From Eubacteriales bacterium (GTDB lineage: Bacteria > Bacillota > Clostridia > Lachnospirales > JAVBKL01), in the NCBI GenBank assembly GCA_031554055.1, contig JAVBKL010000008.1, forward strand, positions 49 through 64,048: a stretch of 64,000 nt of DNA. Reading direction: 5' to 3'. The notes below the pieces were generated by a model, which had not been told where the DNA came from, ran no database searches, and saw only the letters and a list, made by a program, of their open reading frames with translations. Of this stretch, positions 27,336 to 37,469 are shown one piece after another; the first letter of the stretch is position 1; the number at the start of each line of letters is the position of its first letter. Position numbers and translations under genes: made by a program.

Positions 27336-28769
27336 ATGAAAAAAATTATTGGAGCAGTTTTGGCAGTCACCATGTTGTCCGCCTCGGTGCTCGGGGCTCA
27401 ATCAAAAGATATATACCTTTACACAGGAATGAAAAATGATGGGGACTTTAAAAACGCACTTTACTCGCAATCAGGAATCTTTGTTGCAAATGAAAAAATA
27501 TTTGTTGCCGACACGTACAACGACGCTTTGCATATTTTAGAAGGAACCGATTCAAAAATAATTGGTAAATCCGGCTCAAGTTTAATCTCTTACGAGTTAT
27601 CCGGCGGTTTTTTAGATGGAAGTGAAACCACGGCAGAATTTCGCAAGCCCACCGATGTTGCCGTAAGCCAAGGCGGAGATGTGTATGTTTGTGATTCTGG
27701 AAACAACGTCATTCGCAAACTCTCAAAAGGAGTTGTGTATACAGTTTCTGGAAGTGGAAAAGCCGGCTATAAAAATGGAAAAGAAAGTTCCGTTATGTTC
27801 AATGCACCATATTCACTGGCGATTGCCCCTGATGGAAAAATATATGTGTCCGATACTCTAAACCACTGTATCCGTGTGATTGAAACTTCGGGCGAAGTTA
27901 AACTTTTTGCGGGTAAACCTGAAACAAGCGGCTTTGCCGACGGAGATTTACTTTCTGCACAGTTTTTTGAACCATGCGGGATAACAATTGGAAACGACGG
28001 TGCTATTTATGTTGCGGACTCGGCTAACCACGCCATTCGAAAAATTTTAAATAACAAAGTCACAACCGTTTGTGGAAAGCCCCAGAACCTAGATTCTGAA
28101 AGCGGATACTATGACGGCGGATATGTGGACGGTGCTGCTGCCAGTTTTAATTTTCCTAAAGACCTAGCCGTTACAGACAGCGGAGACATTTATGTTGCCG
28201 ACACATTAAACCATGCTGTACGCCTCATTAAAAACGGAGCAACCAAAACCATAGTTGGAAACGGCGAGCCCGATAAATTTTACTTAAATACCGAAAACAT
28301 GAAGCTCTCAAGACCCAGTGGAATTTTTGTGACAGGCGATAAGCTTTATGTTTCTGATACTGTAAACAATACTGTCGTTCAGTTGAAAATCACAGATGAA
28401 CTCTTAAAAGGTCGAAACTCCAGAGAATCCATGCTAAACCGTACAGGCGTTACAGAGTTTGGCGAGCTTAAAGTTTTTGTGGATGGCACGCAAATTGATT
28501 TCTCTGCATTAAATCCTTGGAACGACCCCGACAATGTTTTTTTGCCAGTGCGTGGAATTTTAGAGGCGATGGGTTATGCCGTCCAGTGGAACGACACAGG
28601 CAAAAGTGTAACTGCAACAAAAGCTGATGCGAGCATTATTTTAAGCACAGACCAGTTTGAACTGAAAAACGGACGTACCGTTATCACATTGTCTGAATTT
28701 TTAAAATTATTTAAGGCAACTTACGAATGGTTTGCCGAACAGAATATTGTCGCTATCGAAACGAAATAA
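27336..28769 (+). CDS. secreted NHL-repeat protein with a C-terminal copper-amine-oxidase-N-like (stalk) domain
   Basis: A signal peptide and six NHL-type repeats (VADTYNDALHIL, VCDSGNNVIRKL, VSDTLNHCIRVI, VADSANHAIRKI, VADTLNHAVRLI, VSDTVNNTVVQL). The tail is VFLPVRGILEAMGYAVQWND. Confidence 0.8.
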   Translation: MKKIIGAVLAVTMLSASVLGAQSKDIYLYTGMKNDGDFKNALYSQSGIFVANEKIFVADTYNDALHILEGTDSKIIGKSGSSLISYELSGGFLDGSETTAEFRKPTDVAVSQGGDVYVCDSGNNVIRKLSKGVVYTVSGSGKAGYKNGKESSVMFNAPYSLAIAPDGKIYVSDTLNHCIRVIETSGEVKLFAGKPETSGFADGDLLSAQFFEPCGITIGNDGAIYVADSANHAIRKILNNKVTTVCGKPQNLDSESGYYDGGYVDGAAASFNFPKDLAVTDSGDIYVADTLNHAVRLIKNGATKTIVGNGEPDKFYLNTENMKLSRPSGIFVTGDKLYVSDTVNNTVVQLKITDELLKGRNSRESMLNRTGVTEFGELKVFVDGTQIDFSALNPWNDPDNVFLPVRGILEAMGYAVQWNDTGKSVTATKADASIILSTDQFELKNGRTVITLSEFLKLFKATYEWFAEQNIVAIETK

Positions 28770-28789
28770 AATTAAATGGGGTTGACTGT

Positions 28790-30598
28790 ATGTTAAGTAG
28801 TAAGAAAAATTTCATATACCGAATGGTATCCTTGATTCTTGTTTTTACGCTTTGTATTTCTTTGTCGGTGGTTTCTTATGCCGCTGATAAAACACTCAAT
28901 GTGTCCTATGTAAAGGGAACCGTAACCGTTTTCAAAAGCGGCGGTTCCAAAGAGTTTTCTGCTTATAAAAATATGAAACTAAAAAAGGGCGACAAAATAA
29001 AAACAGGTGTTAACTCAACCGCCACCCTCGTTCTCGATGACCGTGAAATGATTGTGGGCTCTAACGCAGTCGTTGTTGTCGATAAAGCAACCGGTAGCGG
29101 CAAGGTAGAAACACTTGCACTCTCCATCATTGAGGGCAGTGTAAAAAACAAAGTAAGTTCACCGCTTACCACAAACTCAACCAACACAATCAAAACAACC
29201 AACACGGTTGCGGGTGTTCGTGGCACGGAGTTTGTAACCAGTTATTCCAAAGACCAGCAAACCAAAATTGTAACGTTTGAAGGCAATGTAAAAATGGATT
29301 TTATCGAACCAGACGGCAACAAACAAGACACCAATGTTTATGTAAACCGTGACGGCGTTGTTGGTGTGCCACCACAAAACTTTGACTTGCCAATGAACTT
29401 GAAAGATATGGATGTTGGAATTTTAGACTCACTTGCAGAAAATCTTGCAATCATTCAGTCTCACCCTGACTTCTTCAAAGGAATCGAGGTTGTTTTAGAA
29501 GCCAAGCACCAAGAAGCAGAAAAAATGGTCATAGAAGCAAAACATATGCAAGAAACAAAAGAGAATCTTCCACCACCTAAATACGATTCAAAACCGCAAG
29601 ACGCACCACAGCCGTCGGCTCCACCTACAAATGATCGTGACACAAGCGAGCATACGCCAGCACCGATACCGACTTCAACTACAATCACCGACCCAACCCC
29701 AACACCAGTCGCAACTCCCATACCAACCGAATCACCCACTGACATAGAAGTTGATTGGGAGTCTGGAAACAATTCTCATGGTGGTGGAACAATAAAAGGA
29801 ACCATGCTAGCTACTGATTTGGAATATGGGCAAACTTTATCAGAGAGCGAGCTCTCGGGCACGTTGGTACAAAGACTCACAGGTTGGGGGTTTTTTGACG
29901 GAACCTTTAGCTGGAAAACGCCAAGCAAAGTCCCAGAATCTGGAAACGAATTGCAAACCGTAAAGTTTACTCCTAGATGGTCTTGGTTTATGAAATCATT
30001 TTCTGTTGACATTCGTGTCCTTGTATCGCCAAGAGCAATCGAAGTAACAGGACTTACAGCACTTAATAAATCTCTTGACGGAACAAACTGTGCAACAATC
30101 GCAACAGGTTCTGCTGTATTTGACAGAGTGGCCACAGGTGATTCGTTGTATATTGCAACTTGTGAAGCTTTTTTTGATGATAGCAATGCCGGAACAAATA
30201 AACCTGTAAGCTTTTCGAGCATTACCCTTGGTGGAGAAAGAGCTTCAAACTACGCTTTGAACACACCATCGGGCTTAACTGCAAATATTTTTACAACCCC
30301 AGCCGCCCGCTGCGAAAAACTTGTTATTGATAACATCCGTCATACCGCTACCTTTGAAATATCTTTTGCAAAGCCGCATAATTTATTGTCGGACTTTACT
30401 ATAAGCGAAGACTTAGCCCCCTATGGTGTATCCGCCTATCCACACCATTGTGTCTCAGACACTACAACAGGTGGGACAATACTGACAATTGAGTTGACAC
30501 TTGATTCCACTAAAGACGAATTTTATGGGGACTACATTATTAGTGATGGTCATGAATCTTTTTGGTTTAGCGTCGCCGAATTATTAGCGACGAATTAG
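28790..30598 (+). CDS. secreted FecR-domain protein with a Pro/Thr linker and a YDG-type domain
   Basis: The FecR-like part is VKGTVTVFKSGGSKEF...LKKGDKIKTGVNSTATLVLDD. The linker is PAPIPTSTTITDPTPTPVATPIPTESP. The YDG-like part is VTGLTALNKSLDGTNCA...FFDDSNAGTNKPV...GGERASNYAL. Confidence 0.65.
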   Translation: MLSSKKNFIYRMVSLILVFTLCISLSVVSYAADKTLNVSYVKGTVTVFKSGGSKEFSAYKNMKLKKGDKIKTGVNSTATLVLDDREMIVGSNAVVVVDKATGSGKVETLALSIIEGSVKNKVSSPLTTNSTNTIKTTNTVAGVRGTEFVTSYSKDQQTKIVTFEGNVKMDFIEPDGNKQDTNVYVNRDGVVGVPPQNFDLPMNLKDMDVGILDSLAENLAIIQSHPDFFKGIEVVLEAKHQEAEKMVIEAKHMQETKENLPPPKYDSKPQDAPQPSAPPTNDRDTSEHTPAPIPTSTTITDPTPTPVATPIPTESPTDIEVDWESGNNSHGGGTIKGTMLATDLEYGQTLSESELSGTLVQRLTGWGFFDGTFSWKTPSKVPESGNELQTVKFTPRWSWFMKSFSVDIRVLVSPRAIEVTGLTALNKSLDGTNCATIATGSAVFDRVATGDSLYIATCEAFFDDSNAGTNKPVSFSSITLGGERASNYALNTPSGLTANIFTTPAARCEKLVIDNIRHTATFEISFAKPHNLLSDFTISEDLAPYGVSAYPHHCVSDTTTGGTILTIELTLDSTKDEFYGDYIISDGHESFWFSVAELLATN

Positions 30599-30614
30599 TC
30601 TTTGGAGGTTTATT

Positions 30615-31094
30615 TTGAAAATAACTGTTTTATGTGTAGGAAAACTAAAAGAAAAGTATTGGCAAGATGCCGTATTGGAATATTCAAAACGGCTTTCGGC
30701 TTTTTGCAAATTAGAAATCATCGAAGTTCCCGATGAAAAAACGCCAGACAACGCTTCACCCCAAGAAGAATTAAACATCAAACAAAAAGAAGGTACACGC
30801 CTACTTGCAAAAATATCGGAGAGAGATTTTGTGGTTGCGCTTGATTTGCAAGGGACACACCTAACCTCCGAAGGTCTGTCTTCGTACCTTGATAAACAAA
30901 TGGTTGGTGGTGTCAGTTCCTTTGTGTTTTTAATCGGTGGAAGCCTCGGCCTGTCACAAGATGTACTCGCTCGGGCAAACTACAGATTTTGCGCCTCCAA
31001 ACTTACTTTTCCACATCAGCTCATGCGAGTAATTTTTGTTGAGCAAATTTACCGTTCGTTTAAAATTATGCAAGGCGGTTCGTATCACAAGTAA
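30615..31094 (+). CDS. rlmH: 23S rRNA (pseudouridine1915-N3)-methyltransferase
   Basis: 159 aa, (TTG)KITVLCVGKLKEKYW...FLIGGSLGL...LTFPHQLMRVIFVEQIYRSF. A GGAGG SD lies upstream. Confidence 0.9.
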   Translation: MKITVLCVGKLKEKYWQDAVLEYSKRLSAFCKLEIIEVPDEKTPDNASPQEELNIKQKEGTRLLAKISERDFVVALDLQGTHLTSEGLSSYLDKQMVGGVSSFVFLIGGSLGLSQDVLARANYRFCASKLTFPHQLMRVIFVEQIYRSFKIMQGGSYHK

Positions 31095-31127
31095 GACTGT
31101 ATATAGATCGGTGAAAGAGGGCGTAAC

Positions 31128-32264
31128 ATGGATCATATAAACTCTAAAAACTTCGAATTAAAAATAATATCAAACGAGCTTCTAGCGGAAAATTATGATA
31201 AGGCTCAAGAATTAATTGTGCGTGCACTTGAAAAGTTTCCCGATGACATAGAGCTTTTGTTTAAGCTGGGATTCACTTGCGTCAAAAAGGGCGAACTGTT
31301 GCAAGCAGCAAGGCGACTTGTTTCACTTGCCAATCACTGTTTGGAAAAGAATGAATTTCAATTTTTCAGTGCTATCGAATACTACATGGAATTCTTAGAT
31401 TTGGTGCTAAATAATAATGATATTAGTGCTATGCCCCAATATTCTAGTGTTTCACAAGAAATTTTAAATTTCTATTACTGTCAAGTTTTCAGTGAGATTC
31501 CAGATAGTATTTTAACTGCGCTTAAATATTTGGAATGCCATGGCGAACGCGCCTATCCATATGTGGAAATACATAATTCGTATGCTTTTGCACAAGCAGA
31601 TTTTCAACTTGATCCAATCAGGCAATGTGGTTATTTCATCCACAATGGAAAAAAACTTTATTATATGGCAAGTTTTGATAAGCAGAAAAGTATGCACATA
31701 TATAAATGCGCTTGCATGGAACAAAGCGAAACATCTCCACACCGATACTTAACCGATACATTTAATGTTTCGGCAGGAGATATTGTTATGGACATTGGGG
31801 CTGCTGAAGCCAATTTCACTTTGGACGTTATTGAACGTTGTAAAAAAGCGTATGTATTTGAGCCAGATCCGTTATGGATAGAACCACTTACCTATACGTT
31901 TGAACCTTGGGCAGAAAAAGTGACCATTATCAATAAATTTGTATCTGATGCCCCAAATGAAAATACTGTGACAATCGATGAAGTTCTAAATGGCGAGACG
32001 GTAAATTTCATGAAGATAGATATAGAAGGCTTTGAACTAAAATGCCTGCAAGGAGCAATTCAAACTCTCAAAAACAGCACAGATATAAAGATTGTCATAT
32101 GCACCTATCACCGTGCAAATGATGCTGAAATACTTAAACAGTTTTTGGAGGATCTTGGTTTTACTATTGAGTTTTCAGATAACTATATGTTGTTTTTGTA
32201 CGATACGCTCACGCCTCCGTACTTTAGAAAAGGTCTTATTCGAGCAACAAAAAAAAGCCTATAG
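31128..32264 (+). CDS. FkbM-family methyltransferase with an N-terminal TPR-like region
   Basis: VMDIGAAEANFTL...AYVFEPDP...NFMKIDIEGFELKCLQGA. Confidence 0.75.
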   Translation: MDHINSKNFELKIISNELLAENYDKAQELIVRALEKFPDDIELLFKLGFTCVKKGELLQAARRLVSLANHCLEKNEFQFFSAIEYYMEFLDLVLNNNDISAMPQYSSVSQEILNFYYCQVFSEIPDSILTALKYLECHGERAYPYVEIHNSYAFAQADFQLDPIRQCGYFIHNGKKLYYMASFDKQKSMHIYKCACMEQSETSPHRYLTDTFNVSAGDIVMDIGAAEANFTLDVIERCKKAYVFEPDPLWIEPLTYTFEPWAEKVTIINKFVSDAPNENTVTIDEVLNGETVNFMKIDIEGFELKCLQGAIQTLKNSTDIKIVICTYHRANDAEILKQFLEDLGFTIEFSDNYMLFLYDTLTPPYFRKGLIRATKKSL

Positions 32265-32338
32265 TGGCTTGCGTTACTTATTCGATTGCAAACTTTTTTA
32301 GGCCTTTCTCCGTTTATAGAATATAGGGAGGTGAGCAA

Positions 32339-33085
32339 ATGGATCAAGATCGACATGAATACAAAAAAGGCTTGTTATATTTTTGCTGTTTGGCTTTTTG
32401 CTTCTGTGCATTTTTTACAACCCCTGATGGGGATACCTTGTTCTATAAACTAATCGGTTTGTTTGGCATAAGCCCTGGCATTTCAGTTGGGGTTGGCTCG
32501 ACGCTGTACATTTATATGCTCTTACCACTGATAGGCGGCATCATCTCTATTAAGAGAATTTTTAAATACTGGTGGCATTATGGGCAAAGGTTTGCGTCCT
32601 ACAATTTTTTTCTGCGGAAAGCACCCTTTTTTGTTTTCGCTCTTGGGTTTTTATTGTCTGCAAATCTTGATAATATATTTTATGCGGCAATCGGACAAAA
32701 ATCTGGTTTGCAATCAGTTGTAAGTTATGATACGAAAAAAAATGAATTGAATTATAAGTTTGAAGACAATTCCATAACCTACTCCTACGATTTAACTTTT
32801 AGAAATTTAAGTGAAGATATGATTTCATTTGAAGTTAAACTGATAGACGATAGTAATCATGTTCGAAATCCTTTGCCTGAAATCCTAATCAAAGATGATT
32901 ATGGGCAAGCAAAAACATTTACTTTGCATCCCAAAGAATTTATAACTTTTGATGGTGAAGTTACTGAAACCATAGAAACAGAATCCTACAGCGGAAGCGG
33001 AAGTCGTAGCAAGCCCAAAGTCGTTTTGATTCATGGAAACGAACAACACACTCCCATGATGTTAAAGAAAGAGCCAATCAACTAA
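32339..33085 (+). CDS. hypothetical membrane protein
   Basis: 248 aa with about 4 N-terminal TM helices and a soluble C-terminal half. A GGGAGGTG SD is present. I recognise no domain. Confidence 0.6.
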   Translation: MDQDRHEYKKGLLYFCCLAFCFCAFFTTPDGDTLFYKLIGLFGISPGISVGVGSTLYIYMLLPLIGGIISIKRIFKYWWHYGQRFASYNFFLRKAPFFVFALGFLLSANLDNIFYAAIGQKSGLQSVVSYDTKKNELNYKFEDNSITYSYDLTFRNLSEDMISFEVKLIDDSNHVRNPLPEILIKDDYGQAKTFTLHPKEFITFDGEVTETIETESYSGSGSRSKPKVVLIHGNEQHTPMMLKKEPIN

Positions 33086-33111
33086 GTTCACGTTGATAGA
33101 CTCTTTTTTTT
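33071..33111. terminator. terminator between convergent genes
   Basis: Stem GAGCCAATCAAC / GTTGATAGACTC (10 of 12 paired), followed by T8 on the plus strand. Confidence 0.55.
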
Positions 33112-33118
33112 GTGCAAG

Positions 33119-34306
33119 CTATTCAGTAAAAATTCTTTCGTGGATATGGTTTGCAATAAAAGAAGCTTGGTTGTTATCCACAATTAAGGAAAGTGCAATC
33201 TCCGAGCAACTGATACAAATCGGAATCACAGAAATATCTCTAAGTGCTTGAAAAAGTTTTGATACAATCGCCCTGTTTGAAGTAATACCAGTTCCCACAA
33301 TAGAAATCTTGCACACGTCTTCATGTGCATAAATCTCCGTTGCGTTAATCTCTGCCTTATACTCATCTAAAATCTGCATGACTTCTTTTAAACTCTCTTT
33401 CGTAATCACAAATCCTATGTTGCTCTGCTCCCCATCGTTTAAAAAAGAAACCATATCAAAAGCAATTTTCCCAAACGATAAAACTGAAATCAATCGGCTA
33501 AACCTCAAGCTGCCCTTTACAAATATCACTGCAATGCTTGAGTTTAACGCAACGCCACTGATGTCTTGCTTTTCAAAACTGGAATTATCAACAAAGGTTC
33601 CCTCGTTGTTATTAAAGCTTGAGCGAATAACTAGCTTTACATTGTATTTTTGAGCAAGCGATACCGAACGATTGTGAAGAACCTTTGCCCCTTGGGACGA
33701 AAGCTCCAGCATATTGTTATAATTGATGCTTTCAAGCTTTGACGCACCAGAAATCAACCGAGGGTCTGCGGTATAAACGCCGTCAACATCGGTGTAAATT
33801 TCGCAAACCTCTGCCCCAAGTGCCGCCGCAAGTGCCACCGCCGTTGTGTCAGAACCACCACGCCCAAGCGTTGTAATATTGTTTTCGGCGTCGATTCCTT
33901 GAAATCCTGTAATGATTACAATTTGATTTTTCTCGAGTTCTCTAAGTATTCTTTCTGTATTGATCGACTCAATCCTTGAGTTGGAATGATTTGAGTCCGT
34001 TAAAATTCCGGCTTGGTAGCTGTTGAGTGATATAGACTGCACGCCAAACTTTTGTATCGCCATTGCCAAAAAAGATGCCGACTGTTGTTCCCCTGTAGAA
34101 ATAAGCATATCGAGTTCCCTTTTGCTCACGTTCTCATCAATTTCTTTTGCCATGTTAATCAAATCATCTGTCGTGTCGCCTTTTGCAGAAAGAACCACAA
34201 CCACTTGGTCGCCCCTGTTATGGTTTTCAATTACCTTTTTGGCGATATTGATAATTCTTTCTGTCGTGGCAACCGAAGCTCCACCATACTTCTGCACAAT
34301 TAACAT
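33119..34306 (-). CDS. aspartate kinase (monofunctional)
   Basis: MLIVQKYGGASV, VVVLSAKGDTTD and TLGRGGSDTTAVALAAAL, with C-terminal ACT-like repeats. Confidence 0.9.
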   Translation of the reverse strand: MLIVQKYGGASVATTERIINIAKKVIENHNRGDQVVVVLSAKGDTTDDLINMAKEIDENVSKRELDMLISTGEQQSASFLAMAIQKFGVQSISLNSYQAGILTDSNHSNSRIESINTERILRELEKNQIVIITGFQGIDAENNITTLGRGGSDTTAVALAAALGAEVCEIYTDVDGVYTADPRLISGASKLESINYNNMLELSSQGAKVLHNRSVSLAQKYNVKLVIRSSFNNNEGTFVDNSSFEKQDISGVALNSSIAVIFVKGSLRFSRLISVLSFGKIAFDMVSFLNDGEQSNIGFVITKESLKEVMQILDEYKAEINATEIYAHEDVCKISIVGTGITSNRAIVSKLFQALRDISVIPICISCSEIALSLIVDNNQASFIANHIHERIFTE

Positions 34307-34455
34307 TTCATCACCACATTATTCAGTATCATACTAGCATATCGCTTGAGCCAAAAAAATGTGTACAAATAAAATATTTGTCCTAGGGACAGGCAATCAA
34401 TAGAGACAAATTAATATAGTAACTGTATAGATTAGTAAAAGCATGAGGTGCATGT

Positions 34456-35298
34456 ATGAAAAAAACTACAACAGGCTTTGTTATCATCGGCGGCGACAAA
34501 CGTCAAAAATTTTTAGCCAAGAACTTGCAAAAAGAAAATTACAACTTGCTAACCTATGCCGAATGGACGAAATCCCCCGGTGCCGAGGTCGTGATTGGCC
34601 CTGTTCCCTGTTCTGTTGACGGCATTCATTTTTATAATGAAAATCCAGACGAAAAAATTGTTATGCAAGACGTGTTCAAAAAAATATCGGACTCGAAAAA
34701 TAAAATATTTATCGCTGGTGCCATTTCCAAAAAAGCAAGGGCTGATGCAGAGCAGCTCGGTGTCACCGTAATCGACCTCATGGAGATGGACGAAGTTGCC
34801 ATAAAAAATGCTATTCCAACCGCCGAGGGCGTGGTTAAGGTTGCCATTGAAAACAGCGACATCACTTTAATGAACAGCGAAGTTTTGGTTCTTGGTTACG
34901 GACGCTGCGGAAAAGTTTTGGCCAATATGCTAAGCGGCATGGGAGCCAAGGTTACTGTGACCCATCGAAACGGTTCTGCCATGATTGAAGCCTTTGGTTT
35001 AAACGCAGTTCACTTAAACGATTTTGAAAAAGAAATTCAGAAATACGATTTTATCATCAACACCATACCGACTTTATTAATCACAAGTGATACCCTCAAT
35101 AAAATGAAGAAAGAAACACTCATCATTGATATTGCCACGTCCCCCGGCGGTGTTGATTTTGAATATGCCAAAGAGAAAAACATAAAAGCACTGCTGTGTC
35201 CGGGACTACCCGGCAAGGTTGCTCCAAGAACTGCCGCTCATACTTTGTTCTTTGCGATTCAAAATTTTTTGGAAGAATATTTTAACAGCATTCAATGA
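34456..35298 (+). CDS. dpaA: dipicolinate synthase subunit A
   Basis: 280 aa, FVIIGGDKRQ...VLVLGYGRCGK (Rossmann fold). It directly precedes the flavoprotein-like subunit B. A GAGGTG SD is present. Confidence 0.85.
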   Translation: MKKTTTGFVIIGGDKRQKFLAKNLQKENYNLLTYAEWTKSPGAEVVIGPVPCSVDGIHFYNENPDEKIVMQDVFKKISDSKNKIFIAGAISKKARADAEQLGVTVIDLMEMDEVAIKNAIPTAEGVVKVAIENSDITLMNSEVLVLGYGRCGKVLANMLSGMGAKVTVTHRNGSAMIEAFGLNAVHLNDFEKEIQKYDFIINTIPTLLITSDTLNKMKKETLIIDIATSPGGVDFEYAKEKNIKALLCPGLPGKVAPRTAAHTLFFAIQNFLEEYFNSIQ

Positions 35299-35315
35299 TA
35301 ACGAGGAGAGATGAT

Positions 35316-35894
35316 ATGAATCTTGAAGGGAAAAAAATAGGGTTGGTTATTTGTGGCTCGTTCTGTACATTTGATTCCATAATAAAACAGATCACGAGCA
35401 TTTTAGAGACCGGAGCAGAAATTCTGCCAATCATGTCAGAAAACGCTTTTAACATGGACACCCGCTTTGGCAAAGCAGAGGCTTTTCAAAATCAAATTGA
35501 AGCGTTAACAGGCAAAAAAATAATCTCCACCATCGTTGACGCAGAAAAAATCGGCCCAAACAATTTGACAGACCTTTTGTTGGTTGCACCTTGCACTGGC
35601 AACACCTTGGCAAAACTCTGCCAAGGCATCACCGACACGGCGGCACTCATGGCAATCAAAAGCCATATCCGCAACAACAAACCTGTATGCGTTTCCATTT
35701 CTACAAACGATGCACTCGGGTTTAATCTGGAAAACATCGGCAAACTCTTAAATGCTAAAAACTTTTATTTCGTTCCGTTTAAACAAGATAATTTTTCGGC
35801 AAAACCAAAGTCTATGGTGTATAAACCAGAGCTCATCATCGACACCATGAAACTTGCGTTGGACAACGAGCAGATTCAACCGATTTTGGCTTAA
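35316..35894 (+). CDS. dpaB: dipicolinate synthase subunit B
   Basis: MNLEGKKIGLVICGSFCTF...LLVAPCTGNTLAKL (flavoprotein fold). A GAGGAGAG SD lies before ATG 35316; the track start is 35295. Confidence 0.85.
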   Translation: MNLEGKKIGLVICGSFCTFDSIIKQITSILETGAEILPIMSENAFNMDTRFGKAEAFQNQIEALTGKKIISTIVDAEKIGPNNLTDLLLVAPCTGNTLAKLCQGITDTAALMAIKSHIRNNKPVCVSISTNDALGFNLENIGKLLNAKNFYFVPFKQDNFSAKPKSMVYKPELIIDTMKLALDNEQIQPILA

Positions 35895-35898
35895 CTTT

Positions 35899-35938
35899 AA
35901 AAGGAGATTAAAACCCAAGCGGTCTTAATCTCCTTTTT
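35899..35938. terminator. bidirectional terminator (dpaB / CHASE-GGDEF)
   Basis: AAAAGGAGATTAA-loop-TTAATCTCCTTTT, with an A-run before and a T-run after. Confidence 0.75.
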
Positions 35939-35940
35939 AT

Positions 35941-37317
35941 TTACCTAAATTCTACTCTGTTTCGTCCAGTTCGTTTTGCATAAAACATGGCTTGATCGGC
36001 ACGGTCAATTGCTAATGCAAAATCAGCCTCGCTTTCAACTTTCGAAACACCAAAGCTTGCCGTGATTGTAACTTTACAATCGCCGTTTTCAAGCGAACTT
36101 GCGTAAATACTTTCCCTAAGTGATTCTGCCATGGCAAGTGCCTCTTCCTTGTTTTCACAGCGAACCAGCATCACAAATTCTTCTCCGCCATATCTGGCAA
36201 AAATATTATCGGCTACCATCGAATCTTGCACTTTGCTCGCAACCATTTTTAACACGAGGTCGCCTGTAAAATGCCCATGCGTATCATTTACATCTTTAAA
36301 CTTGTCAAGGTCAAAGAGAAAAACATAGCACTCACTTTTTTCTCGCAGGAACTTTCTTATCAGTTTCGTGCCAACCTCAATGAAATAACGTCTGTTAAAT
36401 ACCCCTGTTAAATAATCCCGATTGGCAACACCTTCGAGTTCTGTTTTCATTGTTTTCAAATCCTTATTGTTCTGAACCACAAACGCAACGAGTAAACTGA
36501 TGAAAAGCCCCGATGCAATAAGAAACCATGTTTCCGAATAGCTATACCACATTTTTACAGGTGCAACCCGAATGTACCACTCTGCATTTAAAATTTCCAC
36601 TCGTTTTTCAATATAACGAGCACCTTCACTTGCATTTAAAGTGCTCTTAAATATAATCTGTCGCTCGTTGGTATCGGGATTATGCCGCCAAATTTCGTAA
36701 GTAAAACCTTGTGCTTCAAGTGTTGCAAGCCCGACGCCATCTAGTGCTTGTGGAAATTTAAGCGTCACAGAAACCAAACCCCAAAAACTGTGTTTTCTTT
36801 CTTCTGTATCAACAAAAACAGGCAACCGACCGACCAAAGCCTGACCGCCTTGAATCAGCTCAAACGGCCCACCAAAAATTAATTTTTCTGATTTTCTTGC
36901 CATTGTGGCTTCTTTGTTACCCGCACCTTCTGCATAAAAATTTAATCCAAGAACGGCGTCGTTCCCTTTCAGTGGGTACACCTCTTTTACAACACCGTCT
37001 GGTGCAATCAGGACGTTTAAGATGGCTGGGTCATCCGCAATGGTTGATGCCACACGTTCAAAATTTTCAACCTTGCCATCACTTTGCAACACCAGTGCAG
37101 ACAGTGCCTCCGTTTTATACAGAAGTCTTGAAATGACCTCGTTAATTTTCACGCTTTTTTCAATGATAAGTTGTTCCATTCTCAATTCTTCTACATTACT
37201 GCGGTTAATAACTGTAATCGTAATCACAACCGCACAAAAAACCAACGTGATTAAAAAACCAAAAAAACTTGACATGTGCCATTTATTTTTGTACCTATGT
37301 TTGTTTGTTTTATTCAC
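35941..37317 (-). CDS. CHASE-domain membrane diguanylate cyclase (GGDEF)
   Basis: A TM helix, then an extracytoplasmic CHASE-like block (LGLNFYAEG...ELIQGGQALVGRLPVF), a second TM, then YLTGVFNRRYF, FDLDKFKDVNDTHGH and RYGGEEF. GTG 37317 lies 4 nt after AGGGGGAG; the track start is 37401. Confidence 0.8.
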   Translation of the reverse strand: MNKTNKHRYKNKWHMSSFFGFLITLVFCAVVITITVINRSNVEELRMEQLIIEKSVKINEVISRLLYKTEALSALVLQSDGKVENFERVASTIADDPAILNVLIAPDGVVKEVYPLKGNDAVLGLNFYAEGAGNKEATMARKSEKLIFGGPFELIQGGQALVGRLPVFVDTEERKHSFWGLVSVTLKFPQALDGVGLATLEAQGFTYEIWRHNPDTNERQIIFKSTLNASEGARYIEKRVEILNAEWYIRVAPVKMWYSYSETWFLIASGLFISLLVAFVVQNNKDLKTMKTELEGVANRDYLTGVFNRRYFIEVGTKLIRKFLREKSECYVFLFDLDKFKDVNDTHGHFTGDLVLKMVASKVQDSMVADNIFARYGGEEFVMLVRCENKEEALAMAESLRESIYASSLENGDCKVTITASFGVSKVESEADFALAIDRADQAMFYAKRTGRNRVEFR

Positions 37318-37392
37318 ACTTCTCCCCCTGTCTTTGAGCTTCCAAAAAGTTAACCAATTTCTCAAAACGAGTCTAACATATAACTTGTGTTG

Positions 37393-37421
37393 TTGCAACA
37401 AAACTTTATCTATGCTAGAAT
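37393..37421 (+). promoter_or_regulatory. sigma-A-like promoter (extended -10) of the MATE gene
   Basis: TTGCAA (37393-37398), a 17 nt spacer ending in TGC, then TAGAAT (37416-37421). Confidence 0.5.
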
Positions 37422-37469
37422 AGCGAGTTATATTAATTAAATCAGTATTATGATGAAAAGAGGAGTAAC

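Noticed and set aside
34307-34455. A lysine riboswitch (L-box) upstream of aspartokinase, and a sigma-K-type promoter for dpaA.
   Set aside because: The shared intergenic region is only about 150 nt, too short for an L-box plus two promoters, and I saw no conserved L-box helices. A possible AC-N17-TATAGATTA element deviates from the CATA---TA consensus at the first base, so it is not reported.
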